Source: Ignavibacteriota bacterium
Lineage (GTDB): Bacteria; Bacteroidota; Ignavibacteria; UBA10030; UBA6906
Reading direction: 5' to 3'
NCBI GenBank assembly: GCA_963801355.1
Contig: CAWDEM010000004.1
Location: forward strand, 512,001 to 576,000
Length of the DNA stretch: 64,000 nt
In this document: one piece after another, positions 10,256 through 19,392 of the stretch
Layout: each line of letters begins with the position of its first letter
Numbering within the stretch: the stretch's first letter is position 1
The notes under the pieces: model-generated
The model's input: the letters and a program-made list of their open reading frames with translations, nothing else
What the model was told of the DNA's origin: nothing
Databases searched by the model: none
Program-made: the position numbers and the translations under genes

Positions 10256-10592
10256 GAAAAACGCGGTTATTTGAGGTGAGAGAAAATCGGGTGTGACGGA
10301 TTTGTGACAGTTCTTTGCATTTGGTGAATAGGAATCGGTCAATGATGCCGGGATTTTGCTAGGTATGGGGTGGAGCCCTTCCCGGAACCAAGAAGTCGCA
10401 TGTTCAAATCCTTTTGGCCCGGCGAAAAGAGGCAGTTTCTAAGCTGTACTTGTTCAGTGACCAAGAAGTCCCAAGTCCCGTCTCGCAGAATTCGTGAGAC
10501 GGGGATCCTCGTTCCGCCGGCAAGGTGAGCTTCGGCTCCGCCTCGCTAACCTTGGGCGGAACGGGATTCGATTTTCGTGGTCACATTATATG

Positions 10593-10633
10593 GTCCTATC
10601 TTCAGCAAGTTGAAGGTAGGGCTTTTTCATTTT
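10593..10633 (+). terminator. Intrinsic terminator
   Basis: Stem GTCCTATCTTCA/TGAAGGTAGGGC followed by TTTTTCATTTT. Confidence 0.75.
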
Positions 10634-10671
10634 ACTCCTTGCTCAACTATTCCTCCTAGGGATTCGATTTC

Positions 10672-10700
10672 TTGACATAGTGCATGCATGCTGGTATCTT
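10672..10700 (+). promoter_or_regulatory. Sigma70-type promoter with palindrome GCATGCATGC in the spacer
   Basis: TTGACA-17 bp-TATCTT. Confidence 0.7.
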
Positions 10701-10768
10701 TCCGAATCGATCCCAGTTCACCCTACCGAAAAATCACATGCACCGATGATACTCAAGTCTGGATACTT

Positions 10769-13228
10769 ATGAACCGCCGCGAACAAATCATCGCGAAAAT
10801 CACGGAAGCGGAACGTAAGCTGTCGGCTCTTCGCACGGAGTTGGACACAGCTGCCAGCCGACTGACCACTCTGCGAGAAGAATTAGCATCTCTCGTACCT
10901 AAAGAAGACGATGTCACGTTGTCGTCGGATTCCGGCAGACATGTCGATTCGTCCGTCTCAAACGAACAGAAGATCGCCCTTTTCCGGTCTCTCTTTCGTG
11001 GACGCGACGACGTTTTTCCCGTCCGTTGGGAGAGCCCCCGAACTGGGAAATCCGGCTATTCACCCGCCTGTACAAACGAATGGAAAGAGGGGATCTGCCA
11101 GAAGAACAAGATCCCGGGGAAGGACCGCAAACTCACTTGTGCCACCTGTAGCCATCAGGCGTTCCGCCCGGTCTCAGATGAAGAGATAGCAAACCACCTC
11201 AGGGGAACACACATCATGGGAGTTTATCCGCTTCTCCCTGATGAGTCCTGTTGGTTCCTTGCCGTTGATTTCGACGGGGAGTCCTGGCAGGAGGACGTGA
11301 GTTCATTCGCAGAAACCTCCAGGGCTTATGGCTTTCCTGCCGCCGTGGAACGATCCAGATCCGGTCAAGGAGCTCATGCGTGGCTCTTCTTCGCTGCGCG
11401 GGTCGCCGCGGCAGTTGCTCGCTCACTGGGCTGCTTCTTGATCACGGAAACGATGTCCCGTCGTCACGAGCTCTCATTGAGTTCCTATGACCGCCTATTC
11501 CCCAATCAAGATACGCTACCCAAAGGCGGGTTCGGCAATCTTATTGCGCTTCCCCTCCAACGTGAGGCTCGTTTGCAGGGCAATGCATTGTTTGTGGACG
11601 ATGGGTTTGCACCCTATGCAGATCAATGGAAGTTTCTGGTAGGTATAGGGCGTCTTGACGTGGACACTGTTGTGCGTGTAGTGGAAGATGCTGCCGATCG
11701 AGGTCGAATTGTCGGCTTCAAAGAGTATTCCATTACCAATGACCTGAAGCCCAACCCGTCTCGTTTTGATCCCGCCGGTGGTCCGCGTGACAGCGAGGTG
11801 GATGGTAGGGGCCCATCGAGTGTTCAGGCCGTTCTCGCAGAGAGACTGGTTATTCCAAAAGCGGGTTTGTCTTCTCCTCTGCTCAACGAACTGAAGCGCC
11901 TGGCTGCGTTCGCCAACCCGGAATTCTACAAGAAGCAACGCATGAGGCTTTCAACAGCCCTGACACCACGCGTTATCTCATGTGCAGAAGAGTCTGCAGA
12001 TCATATCGCTCTGCCCAGAGGATGCACTGCCGGAGTGAAGGCGTTACTCGGTGACCATGGGATAAGGCTGACTGTTGATGATCGACGCATCGACGGTACC
12101 CCTCTTGGTGTCGAATTTACGGGAAGGCTGTCATCAATTCAGGAAGAAGCCGCCCGCAGCTTGTTGGTCGAGGATCTTGGAATCCTGGTCGCCCCACCTG
12201 GTATCGGGAAAACCGTGATTGGATGCCACCTAATCGCTGCAAGAAACAGAAACACGCTTGTGATTGTTCATCGCCAGCAACTTCTGGCACAGTGGATTGT
12301 GCAGCTTTCGTATTTCCTTGGTCTCGAGCGGGATGAGATTGGTCGGATCGGCGGGGGAAAGAAGAATCGCAACGGGAAACTGGATGTCGCTATGCTTCAG
12401 AGCCTTGTGCATCGTGGGAGGGTCGACGAAGTCGTGAAGGAATACGGATACATTATGGTTGATGAGTGTCACCATTGTCCGGCGTTCTCGTTCGAGCGTG
12501 TCCTGTCCGAAGCAAAGGCTCGCTACTTTACAGGCTTCACAGCTACCCCACAACGGCGCGATGGTCAACACCCGATCATTGAAATGCAACTTGGACCTGC
12601 ACGATTCGTTGTAAACGCTCGGACTCAAAACCAGATGGAACCTTTCCGCCGTCGACTTGTGATCCGAGAGACGCAATTCACATTGGGAGGTATCAACAGC
12701 GACACTGGCATCCAGGGAATCTACGCTGCACTTGCAGCAGATCAGACTCGGAATGATATTATCTTTGACGATGTGGTTGCGGCACTTGAGAAGAAACGGT
12801 CACCAATTCTCCTGACAGAACGAAGAGATCACCTCGAGCACTTTGTCGAACGTCTGAAGCGGTTTACGCGGCATCTGATTGTTCTGCACGGTCGCATGAA
12901 CCCCAAGGATCGGGCTGACGCGTTGTCTCGACTGGCGGCAATCCCTGAGGGTGAGGAGCGGTTGATAGTTGCTACGGGGCGATACATTGGCGAAGGATTT
13001 GACGATGCCCGTCTTGATACTCTGTTTCTGGCTCTCCCTGTATCCTGGAAGGGGACGATTGTGCAATATGCCGGACGCCTCAACCGAGCACACCAAGGCA
13101 AGAGGGACGTCCTCATCTATGACTACTTTGACAAGAACGTGCCAATCTTGCGAAAGATGTTCGACAGACGGCTTCGGGGCTACCATGCAATCGGCTACGG
13201 AGAGGAGAAAAAGCTGCAGCGGTCATGA
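10769..13228 (+). CDS. TOTE-conflict-system-type archaeo-eukaryotic primase domain fused to an SF2 (ResIII/DEAD-like) helicase
   Basis: KIALFRSLFRGRDDVFPVRW, GYSPACTNEW, FLAVDFD, ERSRSGQGAHAW, PKGGFGNLIALPLQ. Helicase motifs APPGIGKT, DECHH, TAT, GEGFD, QYAGRLNR. Start moved to MNRREQ because ATG 10688 lies inside the promoter. Confidence 0.85.
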   Translation: MNRREQIIAKITEAERKLSALRTELDTAASRLTTLREELASLVPKEDDVTLSSDSGRHVDSSVSNEQKIALFRSLFRGRDDVFPVRWESPRTGKSGYSPACTNEWKEGICQKNKIPGKDRKLTCATCSHQAFRPVSDEEIANHLRGTHIMGVYPLLPDESCWFLAVDFDGESWQEDVSSFAETSRAYGFPAAVERSRSGQGAHAWLFFAARVAAAVARSLGCFLITETMSRRHELSLSSYDRLFPNQDTLPKGGFGNLIALPLQREARLQGNALFVDDGFAPYADQWKFLVGIGRLDVDTVVRVVEDAADRGRIVGFKEYSITNDLKPNPSRFDPAGGPRDSEVDGRGPSSVQAVLAERLVIPKAGLSSPLLNELKRLAAFANPEFYKKQRMRLSTALTPRVISCAEESADHIALPRGCTAGVKALLGDHGIRLTVDDRRIDGTPLGVEFTGRLSSIQEEAARSLLVEDLGILVAPPGIGKTVIGCHLIAARNRNTLVIVHRQQLLAQWIVQLSYFLGLERDEIGRIGGGKKNRNGKLDVAMLQSLVHRGRVDEVVKEYGYIMVDECHHCPAFSFERVLSEAKARYFTGFTATPQRRDGQHPIIEMQLGPARFVVNARTQNQMEPFRRRLVIRETQFTLGGINSDTGIQGIYAALAADQTRNDIIFDDVVAALEKKRSPILLTERRDHLEHFVERLKRFTRHLIVLHGRMNPKDRADALSRLAAIPEGEERLIVATGRYIGEGFDDARLDTLFLALPVSWKGTIVQYAGRLNRAHQGKRDVLIYDYFDKNVPILRKMFDRRLRGYHAIGYGEEKKLQRS

Positions 13229-13271
13229 ATATCGGAGTTCTGTGCGGAGAACCACAAATGTACAAGCATGT

Positions 13272-13300
13272 TTGACATTAACATGCATGTTTAATATTAA
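13272..13300 (+). promoter_or_regulatory. Sigma70-type promoter with palindrome AACATGCATGTT in the spacer
   Basis: TTGACA-17 bp-TATTAA in an AT-rich intergenic region. Confidence 0.6.
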
Positions 13301-13359
13301 CTTGCAACTTTAACTTATCCTTTTTAGATTAGTCTGAGAAGAACGGCCAAAGTCTCCGA

Positions 13360-14403
13360 ATGTCTGCGGAACACAGTACAGCCAATTCGCCCAACGTGAA
13401 TCAAACACTACCCACATTCCACTTCAAATCTCGCTTGTTCGAAGTCCGTAGTCTGCGCAATGCCATCCTCAAAATGGCCGATGAAATCCAGCAAAAAAAG
13501 ACGTCCCATGCCTATTTGGTCCTAGTAGACCCGAAGGTCACGACATCGAGGCTGAAGGAGGAATGGAAAAAACACGATCAGTTTCTCAAGCCCGAGGTGA
13601 TGCGACGCATTTCTATGGTGGTGGTCAAGGATGGAGAGTACTGGGGGATTCCTGAAGAACCGCCCCCGGAAATTCGGCTCAGGTTGGAGAAATTCTTGCG
13701 CGGCCGCGAGAAGACATCAGGGACGTATTTGCCCCGCAGGAAGGACTACTATGAATTGCTGAAAATCCTTCTCCACAAGTGGTTTCTGGAAGAAGGACCG
13801 ACAACGGCTAAGGAGTTAGCCAGAATTGCGGGCTGTACCTACCCGACTGTGGCCAGAGCCACTCGAAACCTGGCCGGCTACCTTCAGAAAGACTCCCGAC
13901 GTCGAATCGAACTCTCCCGTTTCCCCAAAGATGAGTGGTTTAGATTGCTGGCCGAGGCGGACAGATCTCGCTCTACAATGAATTTCGTGGATCGGTCCGG
14001 TCAACCAAGATCTCCTGAGTCATTGATGCGCCGGCTTCTGAAGACGGGCATCCAGACCGTTGGCGTCGGCGGTGTATTTGGCGCCAAGCATCATTATCCA
14101 GATCTCAATTTAGTGGGAAGTCCTCGTCTTGACCTTTCCGTGCATTGCCCAGGAGACTGGGTTGATCTCGGATTTGTGGAACATTTGGATCCGGCCTTAC
14201 GGCTGAAAGAGAATTCGGGTGAACCCGCAAGCCTGGTGATACATTTCATTCGTCGCAAAGAGTCCTTGTTCATCAAGGCGCAAGACGACCAGGTGTGGGC
14301 TGACCCTGTCGAGTGCCTCCTGGACCTAAGTGAGGCCAGAATGGAATCTCAGGCGCTGGAGTTCCTGCAACACTACATACGCCAACGCCAGGAAACTCTA
14401 TGA
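13360..14403 (+). CDS. HTH-containing protein, putative AbiEi-like antitoxin/regulator
   Basis: HTH-like segment TAKELARIAGCTYPTVARA. C-terminal ADPVECLLDL...QALEFL resembles AbiEi C-termini. Coupled (ATGA) to the nucleotidyltransferase. Confidence 0.55.
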   Translation: MSAEHSTANSPNVNQTLPTFHFKSRLFEVRSLRNAILKMADEIQQKKTSHAYLVLVDPKVTTSRLKEEWKKHDQFLKPEVMRRISMVVVKDGEYWGIPEEPPPEIRLRLEKFLRGREKTSGTYLPRRKDYYELLKILLHKWFLEEGPTTAKELARIAGCTYPTVARATRNLAGYLQKDSRRRIELSRFPKDEWFRLLAEADRSRSTMNFVDRSGQPRSPESLMRRLLKTGIQTVGVGGVFGAKHHYPDLNLVGSPRLDLSVHCPGDWVDLGFVEHLDPALRLKENSGEPASLVIHFIRRKESLFIKAQDDQVWADPVECLLDLSEARMESQALEFLQHYIRQRQETL

Positions 14404-15329
14404 GTGATATTTCGCCACGCGGCATTCTCAAACAAGTGGCTGATGCCATCCCGCAACAATGCCACAAGAATATTGTCGTAGTCGGAAGTCTTGCCGCTGG
14501 CTACCTGTTGTTGCCCGAGGAATTCGCCCAGACAGTCCGCACCAAGGACATTGACTGCGTCCTGTCACCCTACCTCGAAGCGATTCAATCTGGCAAAGCA
14601 GTGACCGAAACTTTGCTTGCCAGCGGGTGGCGTCCCCGGATGGAAGCCGAGCATGGCGAACCAGGCACCGCTTCAACTTCAGAAAGCGATCTGCCCGCCA
14701 TTCGACTTTATCCACCGGATTCGAAGGAATGGTTTATCGAATTCCTGATGGTTCCGGAATCTGGACGAGAGTCTGGAAAAAAGTGGAGTCGGGTAATCAT
14801 CGACGCTGGGGCCAACTCTGGTCACTATGGACTGCCGAGCTTTCGATTTCTGTCTCTTCTGACGTACGATCCAATCCTGACCGAACTTGGCATCTTCTGT
14901 GCAAGGCCAGAGATGATGGTGCTGGCAAACCTGCTGGAGCACCGATCAATCGGACTGGATATGATGTCTGGAATAATCGGAAGCCGTCGACTCAAGCGAA
15001 GCAACAAAGACTTGGGGAGGGTGTTGGCTATCGGAGCACTGAGCGCTGAAGAAGTAATACAGGGATGGCCGGATACTTGGGAGAGGGGGATGAAGTCTTG
15101 TTTCTCCAGCCAATGGCAGCAATTGGCGGGATCTGCGGGCTCCGGGATGAGGCAGCTGCTAAAATCTGAAGATGACTTCGAGGAAGCCTGGTACACCTGC
15201 GTCAATGGACTGCTTGCAGCAAGAGAACTACAAAAAACAAAAGAGCAACTATTGTTGATTGGCAAGCGTCTGATGCAGGATGCCATCCTCCCGTTGGAAG
15301 AGCGGGCCGGTAGAGCCTCGCGATCTTGA
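14400..15329 (+). CDS. Pol-beta-superfamily nucleotidyltransferase, putative AbiEii-like toxin
   Basis: IVVVGSLA...RTKDID motif (GS..DxD) and a C-terminal KD motif (SNKDL). Confidence 0.65.
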   Translation: MSDISPRGILKQVADAIPQQCHKNIVVVGSLAAGYLLLPEEFAQTVRTKDIDCVLSPYLEAIQSGKAVTETLLASGWRPRMEAEHGEPGTASTSESDLPAIRLYPPDSKEWFIEFLMVPESGRESGKKWSRVIIDAGANSGHYGLPSFRFLSLLTYDPILTELGIFCARPEMMVLANLLEHRSIGLDMMSGIIGSRRLKRSNKDLGRVLAIGALSAEEVIQGWPDTWERGMKSCFSSQWQQLAGSAGSGMRQLLKSEDDFEEAWYTCVNGLLAARELQKTKEQLLLIGKRLMQDAILPLEERAGRASRS

Positions 15330-15448
15330 TGAACAGGTGTGACAAATCTGTGCTACTTTTTTGTAACTCTATGCACAGTATGCGCAGTATGCACTCACTC
15401 TGCCTCAAAACCGCCACTTTTTCACCAGAATGCAGGGCCTGTGCTTTC

Positions 15449-15491
15449 TTTGGGACCAAGAAGTCGCAGGTTCAAATCCTGTCGCCCCGAC
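15449..15491 (+). mobile_element. tRNA-Pro(TGG) 3' half, attachment-site core
   Basis: Identical to 10213-10255. Confidence 0.85.
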
Positions 15492-15740
15492 GAACAACGA
15501 GGTTTTTTGATGTGAGAGAATATCGGGTGTGACGGGTTTGTGACAGTACTTTTGGGTTTGGCGAAAACGAATCGGTCATTCAAGCCGTGTTTTCGTTAGT
15601 TGAGATCACTGCGTTTCACCCGGAACCAAGAAGCCACAGGGTTAGGTCCTTCAGTCCGAAAGACAAAGGGCAATTATTTGACTGCGCTTTTACCGGGACC
15701 AAGAAGTCCCGGAAACAGGCTCTCGTAGTAGATTCATACG

Positions 15741-15782
15741 GTCCTGTCTTCACCATGTTGAAGATAGGGCTTTTCATTTTTT
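15741..15782 (+). terminator. Intrinsic terminator
   Basis: Stem GTCCTGTCTTCA/TGAAGATAGGGC plus a T-tract; homologous to 10593-10633. Confidence 0.75.
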
Positions 15783-16248
15783 GCGCCGTCTCAACTAGAC
15801 CGTTCAGTTGCCGTCTCACATGTAGGGTCTTTGGATGTGTCTTCCGGACATATGGAAAGTAATCTTTACCAGATGCAGCTTTCTATCTGTCCTATCAGCA
15901 CATTTTCCAGACACCGTCTGGAGAATCAGGTGGCCTCGATTCGTCGAGCAGTTCGCAGAAGTCTCGGGCACTGTCTGGAACAAGCGAATTGCTGAGTTGC
16001 CAGAAGATTCAATCCGTGTCAAGCTATTTCCCTCTCCCGTGGTCCGCCTATGCTCGCCTCCTATCGGTGCAAAACGAAAACGCTCGGCATTCCTGCTAGA
16101 CTGAAGCGCTGCGGGGGGGTGGCTTTTTTGGACGAGGCACAGTGGCAAGTTGAGAATTCCCTTGACTAAAACGACGATTTTCTTATTTTACTTTATACCA
16201 TTAGACTAAAATAAGCGGATTCTTGTTTTACCATGAACAGGATGCCTC

Positions 16249-17385
16249 ATGGACCTGAAGGAATTCAAATCCGGAACATTTCGGCAGCAATACCGATACA
16301 GGAGTTTCACTCCTTCGCTAGTTAATCACATCTGGGTGTGGAGCAATCCGAAAATCAACACACTCCTGGAAGAGGCGAACCACAAACTTGGTTCACTAGA
16401 CGCGTTTTCCAAACAGGTGCCGGATGTCAACTACTTCATCCGGATGCACGTCGTCAAAGAGGCCACGACGTCGAGTCGCATTGAGGGGACACGAACAAAT
16501 GTCGAGGAGGCACTCCTTCGGGCGAACGACATTGCTCCTGAGAGACGAGACGATTGGCAGGAGGTTCAGAACTACATCGCTGCCATCAACTACGCCGTGA
16601 AGCGCCTTCAAAGAGTGCCTGTCTCCACTCGACTTCTAAAGGAAACACACAAGATCCTATTGAGCAAAGGACGCGGCGCAAAGAAGTCGCCCGGGGAGTA
16701 TCGCAGGAGCCAGAACTGGATCGGCGGATCATCGATCAAGGATGCAATGTTTGTTCCGCCTTCACACGAAGAAGTTGACAGACTTATGAGCGACCTGGAG
16801 AACTTCCTTCATAACGATGGGATCGATGTTCCGAATCTCATCCGCATTGCCATTGCCCACTACCAGTTTGAGACTATCCACCCATTTCTTGATGGCAACG
16901 GACGTATCGGCCGCCTGCTCATAACGCTGTACCTGGTTAGCAAGGGTCTGCTCGTGAAGCCGACACTCTATCTCTCGGAGTACTTCGAGAAACACCGTTC
17001 CGCCTACTATGATAAGCTGATGCTTGCAAGATCAAAGGATGATTTGACTCAGTGGATCACGTTTTTCCTCGTTGCAGTCACAGAAACATGCAAAAAGGGT
17101 GTCTCGACGTTCGAAAAGATTCAAAGGCTACGTGATGATGTTGAAGGAAAGAGGATTGTGGTTCTTGGGAAGAAGATCCCGAAGGCAAGGGAACTGGTGG
17201 TGAATCTCTACCGGACTCCGAGAGTCAGTGCGGCGGATGTCGGCAAAATACTCAAGGTCACTCAGAAAACGGTCAATGAACTGATCCAGGACCTTGTCCA
17301 TCTCAAAGTCCTTGTCGAAGTGACAGGAGGCCGCCGGAACCGCGTCTTCTCGTTCGAAGAATATGTGGATCTTTTTTCTAAGTGA
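16249..17385 (+). CDS. Fic family AMP-transferase (class II) with C-terminal wHTH
   Basis: Catalytic motif HPFLDGNGRIGR and inhibitory motif SSRIEG. Confidence 0.92.
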   Translation: MDLKEFKSGTFRQQYRYRSFTPSLVNHIWVWSNPKINTLLEEANHKLGSLDAFSKQVPDVNYFIRMHVVKEATTSSRIEGTRTNVEEALLRANDIAPERRDDWQEVQNYIAAINYAVKRLQRVPVSTRLLKETHKILLSKGRGAKKSPGEYRRSQNWIGGSSIKDAMFVPPSHEEVDRLMSDLENFLHNDGIDVPNLIRIAIAHYQFETIHPFLDGNGRIGRLLITLYLVSKGLLVKPTLYLSEYFEKHRSAYYDKLMLARSKDDLTQWITFFLVAVTETCKKGVSTFEKIQRLRDDVEGKRIVVLGKKIPKARELVVNLYRTPRVSAADVGKILKVTQKTVNELIQDLVHLKVLVEVTGGRRNRVFSFEEYVDLFSK

Positions 17386-17401
17386 AGCACTGTCAAACAG
17401 T

Positions 17402-19192
17402 TCACTGTCCGACGGCACTCTTCATTCCCGCTGCTCCCTCAATGGCCTTCACCGATATCCCCTCTCCTCTCGCATACCGTCCCGGTACGGTTACCGGAAG
17501 CGTTCCCGACACGCTGATTCGCCCGGCTACCGCCCGCGCCACAGAGTGCTCCGCGAGATAGGTTCCATTATATGGCGTCATGACGACGGCCGTTTCCGGG
17601 ATCTTTCCGAGAATATACGGATCACCGAAGGCGACAACGATGACGGGCTTTCCCTGATTGTCCAAGGACGCCAGGAAGCGCTCAAGCGGTTCGGAGAATC
17701 TCGCATCCCCCCTCCAGGCTACTACGGAGAGATATATCCCTACGAGCATAACATCGGCGGTTCGCAGGCATTCCGTAAGTTGCACGAATTTCTCCGGGCC
17801 CGACTCATTGGACATCCGCACAACATCGACGGAGCCGACAAATGGTTGGAGTTCGTCGGCCAGGTCTGTGCCAATGTGCGGAGCCGGATCCTCCGTCACA
17901 GTCACAACACACACCCTCGCCGATCGGGGGAGCGGCAGGATATCCCTGGTATTACGCAGCAGGGTCACAGAGAGATCGGAAATACGTTCGCTGATCCGCC
18001 GGGATTCCGGGTGACCGACGATGGTGAAGATGGAGTCCAGAGGAACGAACCGACGGACAGAGAGCCCTGCCCAGAACTTTGCTGCCAGTATCCGCCTGAC
18101 CGATGTGGCAACCCGCTCTTCGGTAAGTCTTCCGGAACGCACGGCGGCCAGGACTCCGTGATAGCCGCTGTCAATGTCCTCGATGCCGAGGATGGCGTCG
18201 ACTCCTGCCTCCAGAGCAAGTACTGCGGCTTCTGCCGATCCGTACTGATCGGTAATTCCCTGCATACGCATCCCGTCGGTGACAATGACGCCATCAAACC
18301 CGAGTTCGTTCCGGAGCAGTCCGGTGAGAATGGGAGCCGACAACGTGGCGGGCCGTCCGGACGGATCAATACGCGGCAGGGCAAGATGCGACGTCATGAT
18401 CGCCTTCGCCCCTGCCGCAATTCCTGCTGTGAACGGAACAAACTCGACCGCACGAAGCCGCTCTACATCGAACGGGAGAAGCGGAAGCCGCATGTGCGAG
18501 TCATCGCGCGTGTCACCGTGTCCGGGAAAGTGCTTTGGTGTTGCAATCAGCCCTGCCTCCTGGGCACCGCGGACGTACGCGGCGACCATTTCTGCAACAG
18601 CGGTCGGGTCTTCACCGAATGATCGCGTGTTGATGACGGGATTGTCGGCATTGCTGTTGACATCCGCAACGGGAGAATTGCTCCAGTGCACGCCGATGGC
18701 ACGCGCCTCGCGTGCGGTGATACGGCCGAGTTCGTATGCGTTGCGTGGATTCCGCGTTGCACCGATTGCCATCTGCGAAACAAATTGAGTCCCTCCGCCC
18801 GGAATGAGCCGAGGAAGCCGGTCCGTCCACCCCCTCGACCGCCGCCAGTAGCTCCCATGGGCGGCACCAGCTTCGAAATCGCCATTGATCAGCAGTGGGA
18901 CTTTGGCCAACGCCTGGAGTCTGTTCGTGATGGAGGCAATATCCAGGATCGTTCCGCCTCCGAGAATGAGCGAACCCACGTGATACTGGGTAACCATATC
19001 ACGAACATACCGGTAGGCCTGATCGTCCTCGTGTGTGTATAATCCCACGAACTCCACCACGAACAGTTGCCCGACCCGCTCTTCAATACTGAGCGAGGCA
19101 AGAGTTGAATCCACCCACCGGTCCCCCTGTGAATACGAGAGAGCACTGGAAACACCCAGGGAGAAGATAAGGGCCAAACGTCTCATCGTCAT
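17402..19192 (-). CDS. nagZ: GH3 beta-N-acetylhexosaminidase, secreted
   Basis: KHFPGHGDTRDDSH motif, RSFGED, VTDGMRM; signal peptide; GH3 C-terminal domain. Confidence 0.85.
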   Translation of the reverse strand: MTMRRLALIFSLGVSSALSYSQGDRWVDSTLASLSIEERVGQLFVVEFVGLYTHEDDQAYRYVRDMVTQYHVGSLILGGGTILDIASITNRLQALAKVPLLINGDFEAGAAHGSYWRRSRGWTDRLPRLIPGGGTQFVSQMAIGATRNPRNAYELGRITAREARAIGVHWSNSPVADVNSNADNPVINTRSFGEDPTAVAEMVAAYVRGAQEAGLIATPKHFPGHGDTRDDSHMRLPLLPFDVERLRAVEFVPFTAGIAAGAKAIMTSHLALPRIDPSGRPATLSAPILTGLLRNELGFDGVIVTDGMRMQGITDQYGSAEAAVLALEAGVDAILGIEDIDSGYHGVLAAVRSGRLTEERVATSVRRILAAKFWAGLSVRRFVPLDSIFTIVGHPESRRISERISDLSVTLLRNTRDILPLPRSARVCVVTVTEDPAPHIGTDLADELQPFVGSVDVVRMSNESGPEKFVQLTECLRTADVMLVGIYLSVVAWRGDARFSEPLERFLASLDNQGKPVIVVAFGDPYILGKIPETAVVMTPYNGTYLAEHSVARAVAGRISVSGTLPVTVPGRYARGEGISVKAIEGAAGMKSAVGQ

Positions 19193-19392
19193 GGCGGGGT
19201 GCTCTTTTCACTTGTGGTGTATGTGCGGTCAGGTGCCAGGTTCGCATCCGCGGATCAATATCGGTATTGCGGGACGTGAATTCAAGAACGCGTATAGTAG
19301 CCGAGTTCTGCCACAAGATTCGTTTTGGTTGACACAATCACAAAAGTCTTGTAGATTGCCTCTCAGTCTTTCTCGCCCCGGGAACTTCAACA

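Larger units (their letters stand above)
10094..10633 (+). repeat. Non-coding block, copy 1 (attP-like): TGTGAC repeats, 3x TATGC, tRNA-Pro 3' half, two decayed tRNA fragments, terminator
   Basis: Collinear with 15337-15782; 10201-10258 is identical to 15437-15494 (58 bp). Confidence 0.9.
15337..15782 (+). repeat. Non-coding block, copy 2 (attP-like)
   Basis: Same element order as 10094-10633; begins 7 bp after the nucleotidyltransferase stop. Confidence 0.9.

Noticed and set aside
10190-10258. Complete tRNA-Pro gene (also at 15425-15494)
   Set aside because: Only the anticodon loop to 3' end is present; the upstream sequence cannot form the D-arm, anticodon 5' strand or acceptor stem.
9957-10279. 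Short ORFs overlapping the repeat blocks (also 15326-15532)
   Set aside because: Their similar translations simply reflect the duplicated non-coding block; no RBS or domain signal.
10213-10470. CRISPR array from recurring ACCAAGAAG motifs
   Set aside because: Repeats are tRNA-derived, degenerate and irregularly spaced, and no cas genes are present.
10688-10768. Longer N-termini from the ORF track (also starts at 9828, 26294, 34474, 41452, 49948, 57746)
   Set aside because: Downstream starts fit RBS, promoter position, gene coupling or family N-termini better.
15790-16130. Structured ncRNA between block 2 and the fic gene
   Set aside because: Only short hairpins are visible and no family is recognisable by eye.
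17363-18622. 419-aa plus-strand ORF (similarly 50555-51883, 47681-48766, 45326-46288)
   Set aside because: Antisense shadows of well-supported minus-strand genes.
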